Part shown: in pieces, positions 12,894-24,900 of the stretch
Numbering within the stretch: the first letter of the stretch is position 1
Layout of the letters: each line of letters starts with the position of its first letter
NCBI GenBank assembly: GCA_002633005.1
Contig: NMRA01000009.1
Location: 1,506,697-1,570,696, forward strand
Direction of reading: 5' to 3'
From: Phoronis australis
Lineage: Eukaryota > Animalia > Phoronida
Length of the DNA stretch: 64,000 bases
Notes under the pieces: model-generated
Told to the model about the DNA's origin: nothing
Databases searched by the model: none
The model's input: the letters and a program-made list of their open reading frames with translations, nothing else
Made by a program: the position numbers and the translations under genes

Positions 12894-15800
12894 AAAGTTG
12901 CACTGTCAAAGAAACAAGTTTTTGATTGGACAACTTACTGGTGTAAAGCAGTCACAAGATGAGAAATGGTTTCTAAGTTTGAACAGAACTATCATCAGTG
13001 TGTTATTGCTGGACAGTGGCGGGTGCATAAAATAGGTTATCCCTCTTTGACAAACCAACACTGGTCTCAAATGATCAATGCTGACAAGCCGTCATTTCTT
13101 TCCAAGCCATCATGTGTAAGGAACATTAGCTGAGAGAGTAAAATGTCATAGATCTAAATAAAAAGTTTGATTTCACACACTTGGCTATGCAAAAACACTG
13201 ACGTGATACAAAGTACCACCCATTGTGCATCCGACAATAGTGTTAATATAGTAAAGTCAAATTGTACGACCTGACATAAAATAAAGTAAAATCAATTTAA
13301 CCATAGACATACCTGGAAAGGACAAATTGATGCTTGGTCGACTTCAGATTTCATCCAAACCCCCTAACTTTGTGCAAATTTTGTACACGTTATGTAAAAA
13401 TTGACAGGTATATACCGGCTTACGGCCAATAGAGGTAGGAGCTCTAATATTCAACCATAGGTAAAACCTCAAAAGAGTAGTGAATATTTTGCAAGATATG
13501 AGTGTCTCAGGTTTCAAAGGTCGTTATCAATTACACTTTTAGACAACTGTCATTAACATATTGACCTGGAATTTGTGAAAAACCAACAAGAAACATTCAC
13601 AGTCCTTAGCAAATACACGGGAAGATGGTGACAAGAACAACTCGTGTTCCTAGCTATTGTAATGGTGAAAACAAATATGCAGGTCCAGCATTTGGTCACC
13701 AAGTGAGAAATGCTTGTTTTTTATAATCATGGTTCATCAATTACAGACAGTCTCATTAAGTCTCAGGTGTGTAGCTACACAATGCTTTATACAGTATTGC
13801 TTGTTGTTGATAGTTGAATTTAAAAGGTATTTATTTTTCCAATGCAGCAATTTAATATTGATTAAATATTATTATCCAGTCCAGATACGTGTTGTGATGC
13901 TAAGCAGTTGAACATCAGGAGAAAGTATAATTGGCTGGCTGTAGCCTAGCTGTATAGGTTAATGTCATGTGGACAAGCTTGGCTGTATGAACAGTATGCG
14001 ATTATATTGTGTGCACAAGAACATCAATATTTAAACAATTGCTTCAATAATTCATCACTGCTGGACTCACAACCCAGTTGGTCTGAGGGGAGTGTTGTCA
14101 GACTATCACGTTAAAGACTACAGGAAACCATCGCCGTATCACGGAGAGCTCAAAATTAGACGTATTACCATCACTCCTTCGGTTCTGCGGGTGTGTTGTG
14201 ATGTGATGCGTCTCTTCTGAAGGTGATCAGAGAAAGGTATAGTGTCTGAGTTTTAAAAAGCTTTGTGAAATGTCAACCCATATGTTACTGGGGTAGGTAA
14301 TTAAAGGCATATTTTGGCCCTTCATTTAATTGGCTAACATTGATAGTTTTAGGCAAGAGTTGCCTGTGGGTAATAGGCTTAGTATGTGTATGATGTTTTC
14401 TAAGATCATGTTTAACAAAACTGTACCGGTGTGTAGTTCACAAATAAAAGTTGACTCCATCATTTGCTGGATATTTGTAGCTTGAGCTTCAATTGTCTAA
14501 ATGGATAACGATAGGGTTGTAATGTTTGAAGGATCAAAAGTACTTAACAAAGTAGTGCACATGTATGTGCATCTCACAAACGTGAAGTTTGCCATATGAT
14601 TTTATGACTTTTAGCCAGCTTTGGGGTTTTATTGTAGTGGTGAATTTTGCTCAAATTCCCAAACAATGTTTGCCCACACTTAAGCCTCTTTTGCTTAAAA
14701 TAATTTGACGTCATTTTTAACATTCTGTTACTGTGTGTGTAACATCAGTTTTTTGTCATTAACCTGATCCACAAAATTCAAAGTGATGATTACTTTCAAT
14801 GTTTGCACATCTGTTTGATATCAATCAGTTTTCCGTGCCAAGCAGTTAAGATGGCATTTGAGGATCTCTGTGACAGTCTTCATTGAAAACTTTCATGTTT
14901 AGCTTTCTTAGATCCCCTTGCCTCACTCACTTCTATTGATTCTTGATATTGTCTGTATCGAAAAATTAAATAGTTTAATTGTGCAACTCTGTACTTAATC
15001 CTGTCGCCAGGGATCAAATCATGGTTTATTGATAGCCATCTGGTTTGTGCAACGACTGTTTCCAAGTTGTGTCGAATAGTTCGCAGATATTTTATTGTCC
15101 ATGTTAAGTTGGTTCACTGATAACAGTTTTTTATTTGTAACATTGCTAATTAATGTCTCAAATAGATTGCAAGTTTTTTTGATATGACCTACTACTGCTC
15201 AATTTCTAACTAAACAAATCATGAACAGACTAACCAGCTGCTCAGACAACATTCTGGTTTGAAACTTCACAGTTTCCCATGTTGGATTATGTTCTGTTTT
15301 TCTCTCATTTTGCTTAAAGTAGCAGCATCCACTTTCTTACTAATTAATTCTTGATGAGCAGGACAACGATGTATCTGACTAATTGGCGTATCTATTGTAA
15401 CAGATAAGATTAATCACTTGTGTGAACATGCGATTACAGTCTCCAGAATAATCACTACTAGAGTGTAGAGTGTCTCAACTGCAATCTTTTTGTTGATTTC
15501 ATGGCACTGACGATGAAATTTCAGCCTTAAAGTGCCATACACTCCATTTTTGTTTGTGGGATCGATTAGTTTTAGTAGAATTTTGTATGCGGTTTGTGAG
15601 GAAACATCAGTTTAAGTACAATTTCAAATTTCAGATTGGGGGTTTGCCAAAATTTTTTTATGGGAGTGTGATCTTGAATGATTAAGAAGTGACTTGCTAA
15701 AGTTTGATGTGATGGAAAATTCAGGATATCCCTTCCATTCGCTATGAAGTATCAGAGATTTTGTAATAACATCTTGATATTGGCAATTCTCGAAAATTGT

Positions 15801-16709
15801 CAAATTTCATTTTGATTCTGCGTTCCAAGCGCCCTTCAGGTGTGCATTCGGGTAAATACTGCAGAATCAGAGAGGACACTATGGAATTCTGGGAAGTGTC
15901 TATTGCCGTTGGTCACTCTATACGAAAAGCAATTGCCTCCATGCAATGAAAGGCAGCCAAATGGTAAACATCATCATACAAGTCTCCCATGGCATCACAT
16001 GGGCGTCATATGGTCACGGCATGGGTGGCTCTGTTGTGCAGTAATGCTGCAATCTGAATGGACAATTTATTTTCCCATTAAAGGTTGTACACAAACACAA
16101 CTAGGAATTTGTCTTTTTATTTTTTCTATAATTTTATTCATCACATTATTTTAGAGGAATTTAAATGTATAATCGTGTAGAATAATGACCCTTCAAAATA
16201 TTGGCCCTTCAGGAAAACGACCCTTGAGATTTATTGACCCTTCTATGTATAGAAGCTTAAGAGTATTGACCCTTTCCATGTTATTTTCGGAGAAGCAGCC
16301 ATTCTTAGGAAAGGCCATTTTGAGTACCATAATGTAGAGACCTACCATATGACCCAAAATAAGGTGTTCAGTCTTCTTAACAGCTCTTAAACACCACAGG
16401 GAATGTATCGATGGTCTCTCTATTCTGACTCCTTGTAGTTGGTGTACCGTCTACTGGCCAGCAGCTCTCATTGATACCGAAATCCTAGAGTCAATTCAGA
16501 AAAATGTGGGTGTGAATCTATTGAGCCACATGGCCTGAAGTCTAAGGGCCAATTTGGTGAACCCCCGTGCCATGTTGATTTTTTTCTGTATTTTTTCAGT
16601 TTGATTTTTTGACAATGTCATTTTTCTAAAGTGATTATGTCCACTGTCCCATTACATCACACAAGTGGTGTTTGCCATTGAGCTTGTTTTCTTGTTATGC
16701 TCTCACATA

Positions 16710-17278
16710 TATTTTGCCGCCAACTCTTACCTAGTCGGGGTGTCTATTGTCTGTTGTATCTCCTACTTGTAAACCCTTTGTAGGATTTTAATGAGATTTG
16801 GCAGGTGTGTTCCTATGAGCTGGTCACAGGTAAAAGAGTTTCAGAACGACTTGAATACTACTCTTCCTCCTAATGGCAATTTTAGTGTTTTACATTTGCC
16901 TCTGTATCTTCAGAGTTCCTTGATGCCTGAAATATGGCAAATAGGTTTCTTATTAAGGAGACCAAGACACCTTCCCATATTTGGACAGATTTGATGTATT
17001 TTACACCGACTAATGGCCATTTATATTATTTACGAGTCTTGTTTTTTTGGCATCTGCCTCTCCATCTGCCAATCTGCTCAAAGGATGGTTATGAAAATTT
17101 ACTTAGTGTCTTCTGAGAAGACCAAAGCTGACAGGGATTCTTGGATTGGTCTGACTACTGTGGTGTCCCGCAGTGGGAATGTTTTTGCACCCATGGCCTG
17201 CAAATTTTTTTTAAAATTTGGGCTGTTGTTTGTCTATGAATGTGACAATGGATGCAGATGATTTTCGGGCAAATCTAG
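16710..17278 (+). mobile_element. Diverged copy of the HINE-like element
   Basis: aaaccctttgtaggatttta...ttggcaggtgtgttcctatg and taatggcaattttagtgttttacatttgcctctgtatcttc align with 8370-8520 and with the 2.2 kb copy. Confidence 0.65.
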
Positions 17279-17625
17279 TCCACAGAGCTATCAGGACTCA
17301 ACTGGTGTATGTGCGCAGTCAGCAGAGAAAGTCCTGGGTTCAAACCCTGGTCAGGGACAGACATATTTACAGTCTTTATACTACAGGTCATGTGATGCGA
17401 CCAACGTGTGGCATTTACGAAGACTAATAATTCTTGCTTATACGACATCAACGCGCTGATTAAAAAAGCACAGTTATGGATACATACATGTTTATGCACT
17501 CTCAAGTGCAGATGCTTTCTATTGAAGTCTGTTTGAATATCTGTAATGGACTGGTAATCCCGATAGCTCAGTGGACTAAAATGTCTGCACGGTTAGCTGG
17601 ATTTGAAATCTAGTCGGGGTAGAGA
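17276..17625. mobile_element. Cluster of degraded tRNA-derived SINE heads
   Basis: 17549 gactggtaatcccgatagctcagtggactaaaatgtctgcacggttagc matches the 6.9 kb head (+ strand). 17310-17395 gives the T-arm and body (ctgggttcaaaccctggtcagggacagacatatttacagtct...ggtcatgtga). 17276-17296 is a short inverted piece. Confidence 0.6.
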
Positions 17626-18770
17626 TAAATGGCGTGTGAAGACCATTCTTGTTTATCAATTAAATATATTTTCCTCGTAGTCACAGTGTGCCAAATAAGT
17701 TGAATTTGCAGACTTTGCTGTTGAACAATGTGCGAAATGAACTGAGTAACCAAACTTTGTCAACTACCTGTGTGTGAATTTAATGAAATGTGGCCAAGGG
17801 GTTGCCAACATTATCCAATTAACAGTAATTAAATTGCAATATAAGAATAATTTACCACATCATGGGTGAAACACTCTTTTGGGCATGTGACTCGAAAATT
17901 GTTCTAAATCCCATTAAAAGCACTGTTTATTAGCTATTGTTGTTGGCATCACTAAATACTGGTTCCTCTGAAAAGTACAGAGTTGCCGAACCAGTAATAG
18001 CAGGTCAGCAGTGTCCTTGAACCTCGTAAGTCGACCTGGACAACCATACAACCTGAAGGCGAAATTAATGCAAGCCGTCGCCACCATGTTGTAATGCAGT
18101 TGCTTACCAGCAAGGTGTGTACCCCCGTAAGCCCGATGGTAGAGGGCTCCCTGAGCCTGTAGTTGACAACACTGCTGGCGGCTATCCATTATGACAATAA
18201 GTGCTTCTTACCCACCGCTCTCTGCTGACTGAGACAGGGTCGTGCCAGCGGGCAGTTGATGTGTGCATGGAATTAATTTTGCGCAGATTTCTGCGGCTAG
18301 TAAATTGTTGCCGTTAAAATGGTAACAAGTTTTTCGTGCCACTGTTGTATTACTCTAAGTGACACCATAGTCATTCACTTCACCCCTTTCACCTCGTGTT
18401 TTCAACAGCATGATATATCCCATATTCATTTAGATGATCTAAGTATTGAATTTTCAGACCTTATTAACACAATTAAGGAGGTGTGTAATGGTAATGCTAG
18501 AATTAACGACTGGTCTTTGTATTTGATATTTTACGGAATGCAAAACTGACTGTGTGCGAATTAGGTCGGGCAATGAATTCCTACCAAGTAGTCTCTTGTG
18601 AAGTTAGTGAGGGACATAATATCATTTTCCAGAAATTTTTTCAGCTCAGACTTGGAGGAAAATAATTAATTTTTCACTGGCCCAAACTTAAGAGAGTGTT
18701 TACTGTAGTTGGTTCTGGTGACCCTGATTCATTTAAGACCTGCACTCACTGACTAAAAGAAAAAACTTTG

Positions 18771-19008
18771 AGAGCTATGTACCCACCTACACATGATTAA
18801 TTTCAGAGCTATGTATCCACCTATATTAATTTCAGAGCTATGTACCGGCCACTTCAATTTCAGAGCTATGTACCCACCCCGGCCCACATCAATTTCATAG
18901 CTATGTACCCACCCACATCAATTTCAGAGCTATGTACCCACCCACATCAATTTCAGAGCAATGTACCCGTCTACATCCATTTCAGTGGTATGTGCCTGTC
19001 CACATCAA
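18771..19008. repeat. ~29-bp minisatellite, about 8 units
   Basis: Consensus agagctatgtacccacccacatcaatttc repeated with small indels. Confidence 0.9.
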
Positions 19009-20487
19009 AAAAATTTTTTGTTCCCTCTCGGTTTGGAGATTTTGTTATCACCGGACTGACTGTTGATGAATGTTTGGGATCATGAAGTTATAGGCTTGTA
19101 CACTCAGGAAAAGATCATACAATCTGTCAAAAGCCATTTGCTGTCATCTGTTCTGCCACATAATATAATATAGTTTATGGTTAGATGGTGGACAAAATTC
19201 TTTGCTATCTCAAAGGTCACTTCCTTGATAATGTTTGTGAATGAAAGAAATTCTCTTGGTATGGCCTTAGCTTGCTAGAATTGGAAATTCAGTCTGAAGC
19301 AGAAGCCATATTCATGGTTTTACTGTGCTAAAGAGTTGTGCTTCACATGTTTTCTATTAAAGATCTTTCACACGACCATCTTGAATAGCTTGACCACAAG
19401 AGAGTCGTTAAGTAACGTAAGGAAAAACCAAAAACATAGGACGACTGAATTTTACGCTGTTCGCTAATCCCATGTTCTGAGGAAGAGTAAATTTAATACC
19501 GCAGTAAATTTACTCTGGTGGTAAATGATCGTTCCCACTGAAGTTTAAGGCACTTGCACTGAGTAAAGAATGTGACGCTGGCTGTGGGAGTATGGAATCA
19601 GTGGGAAAGCAGTTATTGCAAGCAGTCCAAATATCATTACACAATCTTAGTGTGAACCAGGGAATTGGAGATACCAGACAAATCTGGTGATAGCACTAAT
19701 GAGATCTATGTACAAATCAGGATTTGTTTTAAAGGTTGAAGCTTGAATTTTGCCAATTGTTACAAATTTGTAATAACTAGTGCAACCCCGCATGCAAGTG
19801 GAGGGCTACGTATACAAGCATGAGAGTGGTTTTGTTTGCTTTTTTATTCAAGGTTATGTTTGGAATTGGTCTGAATGTCAATAAATTAATTTTACTTCTA
19901 GTAAAGTCAAATCAAACAAGAAAGAGTCAATTGAAAGAAGGTGTAGACATGTAGTCTTCGTAAGGGTTATCTTGGACAGACACTTTTTCGTGTTATTTAC
20001 TTTTCCTTCTCTTGTACACTTTTTCATCGGGCAAACACAAATGAAGAAACAGACTGTGTTCATTGGCAAGTAGAACATTATATTTCCTCAATGGTAGTGA
20101 ATGGAGTACCAAGATTGGGCTTTGGCTGAGCCGTTCTATTGTTCTGTGGATTTTGTACATGCCAGGGGAATAGTAAGTAAAACCAATAAATGTATCTCCA
20201 AGATAATTAGGATTATGCTCTTTATTAAATGTAGCATAAAAATTGTTGCCTTGTACACTATTGTCTTTATGTTTAACGTTATGGCCAAAAACTCACTTGG
20301 TTCCTGAAGGTGTGCATCACTGTACTTACAACCTGATAACAGGATAAACATTACCACATCACTTCAGCTGTTATTAAGTGAGGTTTTTGGGAAAAAATAA
20401 CATACCACATCTTGGCATCAGTTTGCAAAACAACCACAGATCAGAACCAAAAATGGTTTTTGATTGACCGAACACTTAGCAGTCATA

Positions 20488-21950
20488 CCGTATTCACAAT
20501 AATAAGTACCCATGGCCCTATAAGTTCCCCCATGCCTTTTCAGACTGCGCTAAAATAAGCGCCCAGCCCATGAACATGTACATGAAAAATGCCTTACGTA
20601 CAGTTCTAAATTTCTACAGTAATGTCTTCATTTTATCAATAAGATCTGACAGTCCGGAAAAAAATCACTGTGCGGACTTTGTAGACCACGAGCCTCGCTG
20701 CATTGTCGGTATTTAGCCGTGACTATACACTTCAAACTTCCGTGGTGCTTCAAAAAGAACCCAAAAGCTTTACTGATCTCGAGAGGAGCGTGTCCCATTA
20801 TGGACTGGCCTTTCTGGACAGACGCATTGTACTTGACAAAGGGATTGTATTGTATCTTTCCTGTACAAATCTCTCTCAACAGGAATCCAAATTACTTTGT
20901 ACATGTGAAAACTGGGAATTGAAGACTATAAAAACTTGACCGGTGTTAAAAGCATGTGGCCTGTGCTACATACCTGTCATCGAAGACATTAGTCATCGGG
21001 AACTATCTATTCATGAAACAGGTAGCATAGCATCGGCAAGAAATAAATATTGGTACTAATTCCGAAAATTTCTAATACCGTAAAAAATGTTTGCGTAATT
21101 ATTAGGAGGAATTATTTAATTAATCAGAAATGGTGTTTTTTAAAGTCGAAGCAATCCACTGATAGTCAACACTTCCGTACCCTTACACCTCCAGAATCTC
21201 TCGGAAAATAACTGTTAGACTGTCATGCATCCAGTCACCCAGCACTCACCGAGACAATTCTCGATGCTTTTAGCAGGTCAGATCAACAAGTGATGGATAA
21301 AACTCGTTCTGCTTTACTGCTCATGTTAATTTCTTTAGTTACATTGCACACCTAGATCGTTACATTAGCTTTACTCTGGCAAATGAACACTGATGACACG
21401 CACGCGCTCTCTCTATCTCATACCAAGGAGTGTACTACACTCGTTGCTCAGACGCAGATGAACTTCAAAACAAACGTCACGTGACAACAACATGTGTGTT
21501 CTTCCAAATATTTTCTAGTGTTGCGGGGTACGATCTACCGTAGATTTGGACTTCATATACAGTTAGTCACGACTCCAAAGGAACTTAAAAATCTTGGGGA
21601 CGCTAATTTGAAAACTTAAGGACTTCAGGTAGTTTGATGAGTTGAAACTGTATTTTTATTCAAGAATTCAAGGCGGCGATGCATCAGTCGGCGAGTTTTA
21701 CACCCTGGGATTTCAGCACAATTTTCTGAAAAATGAACGTAATTTAATTACGAAGACTGTAGCAATGCACCACAGTGTTATAGAAAGTCATAGGTTACAG
21801 ATATGTCACCTAGTGTATATTTGATAAACGCTAGCTTAAGATTTTACCCATTTCGGAGACCAGTTTTCAACCGCCTTAGGTTATAATAAGCACCCCCCTC
21901 CTGAAAAGAATTTTTATAAGCGCCCTGGGCGCTTATTATGGCGAATACGG
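20488..21950. mobile_element. Non-autonomous Tc1/mariner (pogo/Tigger-like) element
   Basis: TA|ccgtattcacaataataagtaccc ... gggcgcttattatggcgaatacgg|TA: imperfect TIRs, TA TSD, and repeated ataagc[g/a]ccc subterminal motifs. Confidence 0.8.
20670..20910 (-). pseudogene. Frameshifted HIRAN-like domain remnant carried inside the pogo-like element
   Basis: Joining two frames gives FHMYKVIWIPV/REIC..YNPFVKY..SVQKGQSIMGHAPLEISKAFGFFLKHHGSLKCIVTAKYRQCSEARGLQ. This resembles the HIRAN-like pattern GFHVY..W.P..GE.L...E..N..D..AV.....VGHVP.E.S, recognised from memory and not searched. Confidence 0.55.
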
Positions 21951-24900
21951 TATGTGCTTAGCAAATCGTATTTTCTGTACATAGTACAGCACAGTCAGTA
22001 TAATACTTATTAGTGGTCAAACCAATAAAGGTTACTTGCTGAGCTGCTTGGCTATTTTTTCAACCTGTATTTTATCCATATTTCAAGTCACATTATTAGC
22101 TACTTGAATACTCGCGTTGGTAAAAGAACGCCAATTCAACTTTTGTGTCGATAGTTAGCCTTGCGGGAAATTCTTTGAACTTCGAGTCTGTGTACTTTAG
22201 TTTTGAAGGTCTTCAATGTGGCTAGGGTAACTGTCTTTCTCTGGTTAAGTGCCCATGTATGATAAGCATCCCCCAATTTCTTGAAATTTCCGATTTTAGT
22301 GTCCATGCTCTGGGTTAAGTACCCACCCCTTGATTTCCAGGCTCACCAATTTAAATGTCAAGGGAATTAACCCGATTGTTTATGGTACTTTGCTAATTTC
22401 ATTCTGCTTAGTAGCAACACTGATATTATAAACATTAGTTAAAAGCTTTAACAGGATTGTTGTGGTTTAGTCAATACTGTCGTAAATGCAAATTCATTGT
22501 TTAATGACAGCAGATACATCAACTATCCTCTATTGTAGGTTGAATTGATCCACTGACAGATACAATAAGGACATTTGCTTACTCTACTACTTGAGAGCTT
22601 CAAGTGGTCAAACCATCAGTTCTCATAACATAACATTACTTACTTCAAGGGTACTCTTAACTTGCCTTACCTGACCATGAGGTAACATAATTTCCCTGAC
22701 ATGCCTCTCATATTAATGAAGTTGAAGAAATACAATCAATTTGGTAGACAATATGAGAGACTGGTGAAATTTTGTTTTGTCAAATTTCTTGTCAAAGTAA
22801 CTTTTTATGAAATTCACTTTGCTTTTATCATGGTTTTATATAGTATAGCGATTACCAGACATTTGGTAAAAATTTGAGCATTTGCAATTATGTGATAAGC
22901 ATCTGAAAAATAGGAATTTGGCAGTTTTAGCATTTATTTTTGTCCCAAATTGAAAAATTTCACTGTAGCTGTCAAAATTTGCCATATCAAACCATAATTT
23001 CAATTTTGTTAAAGTTATGCTTAGCAAGAACAATTGACAAACAGTAAACTGAATTTACCATTATTGTTGGGGCTATAGACATGTGCATTTTGAAAGTTTT
23101 TGATTTACGCTATTTGCTAGTATAAAATCGATCTCATCTTAGTCCTCAATACTCGTTTTAGAAATGATTTTCGGGCTTGAGAAGAACTGACAGATCGTCA
23201 GTGCTTCAGACCTGGCCTTTGGAGTGAATGTTTGTCACCAAAGGGTTAGTTTGGGCCCCCAATGCAATATGGAGGTCAGGGAATCCCAGGTAATTTATTG
23301 TAAACTATTTCAGTTCAGACAAAGGATAAAAATGAGATGTCGTTACTAGGAAGAGAAAATTTGCCTGTAAAAAAGTTGACATTGTTTGTAACATCAGTGG
23401 TTTGTTGCGACTTTAGGCACAGGCAACAAATCACAATTGTTAAATGTGAGATAATGAAATAATGATTGTTTCAAGTAGGAAAAGACTTATTTTACTCATG
23501 TCTTTCGAGATTATTGTTTTCCGTTTTCTTAATATCTTTCTTTATCACAAAAAGGTCTTCTTTTTATCATCTGACTAGACTAAGGACAGACTAGACTGTT
23601 CAAGAAGATTGGGGTGTTCACAAGATAAGAGCCGAATCCTTATGGTCCTAACTTTGTATATGCACAAAGTATGCGATATTTCTGATTGTGAACATCGTGA
23701 AAAATGCAGTTGCAAAACTGCTATAACCGATAATTCACTGGCATGTGATACCTTTGTGCCGATCCCGTATGTGCAAGTTAATGTGTTTGAAATCTACAAT
23801 ACTCTTATAGTCGGACAAGTGTAGACCCTTACACTGGTGCCATATACATATAACGTGTCAGTCCCAAGCAGATTCTCTGATGTGAGAACTGACTTTATGA
23901 AGTCTTCAATGTCTAGTGCTTCTGTGAAAGTGTGTACTTCATGTCGCTGGGTCGGCATTGCATGAACTTTCCGTCACGACTTGGCAGAACTTCCTCTGTT
24001 AAGAAACTTGATTTCTGTGCAACATCCCCACTCTCCTCGTTGTAGGATTTCGGAAGATGGGTTCAAGGTGTTGAATCTCCACCTCTTTTATTGTGTAGTT
24101 AGGTGCTGTTTAAGGCACGATTTTACTGCACGGCAATTGGTACACTGAACGTCTTCATATTTTCTATCATCAGTGATTACCATTTTCCATTGCGATAGAT
24201 CAGGATTCTCTTACTCATTCACATTTGAAAATCATTTTGGAACAAAAAATAAGGTGTATGAATTAAATTTTGATAAAGAGATGTACAAATTATTTTTGGC
24301 CTTTATCATTATGTACAAATTGTTGTTTCCGGCAACACATGTGTGAATTACTGTAAGATTTCTATGCCATTTTAAGGCCGTGCATGAACTATATTGTACT
24401 AACCCAATGGTAGAACTACAGTACTGATAGAGTGTTTGACTAGTTTGCTGCCAGAGCAACTCGGGTTCTCTTCTTCGTAATACCTGGTGGGTGGTGCTAT
24501 TGGATATTCAGAATTCATACAAACTTGACACCTTCGCAACCATCGCAACCATGAAAAGCGGGTATTGCCGTAGCCTGGTGCCACCTTCGTTTAGCCACCC
24601 AAGATGGTGCCATCAATTTCAAAAAGGCAAAGTTCACACTGAAGACAATACCCGAGATCGTAAATAACTACCTTTGCTGGCTGCACCCTTTCCTGCTTTT
24701 AGAGAACCCCCTATATTCAGGTTCAACATGTAGCCTGCGTTTATAATTCAAATGGACTTGAATTGAACTTTGCGGAGACCTAATAGCTATGGCAGGGTAT
24801 TTCGGTTATTATAGACATGCCCCCATTTTGAGAAGCAGTTTGACGTATCTGAGTATCGCGGTGCATTAATTCCCCACTTCATACTGTCATGTAATCATGC

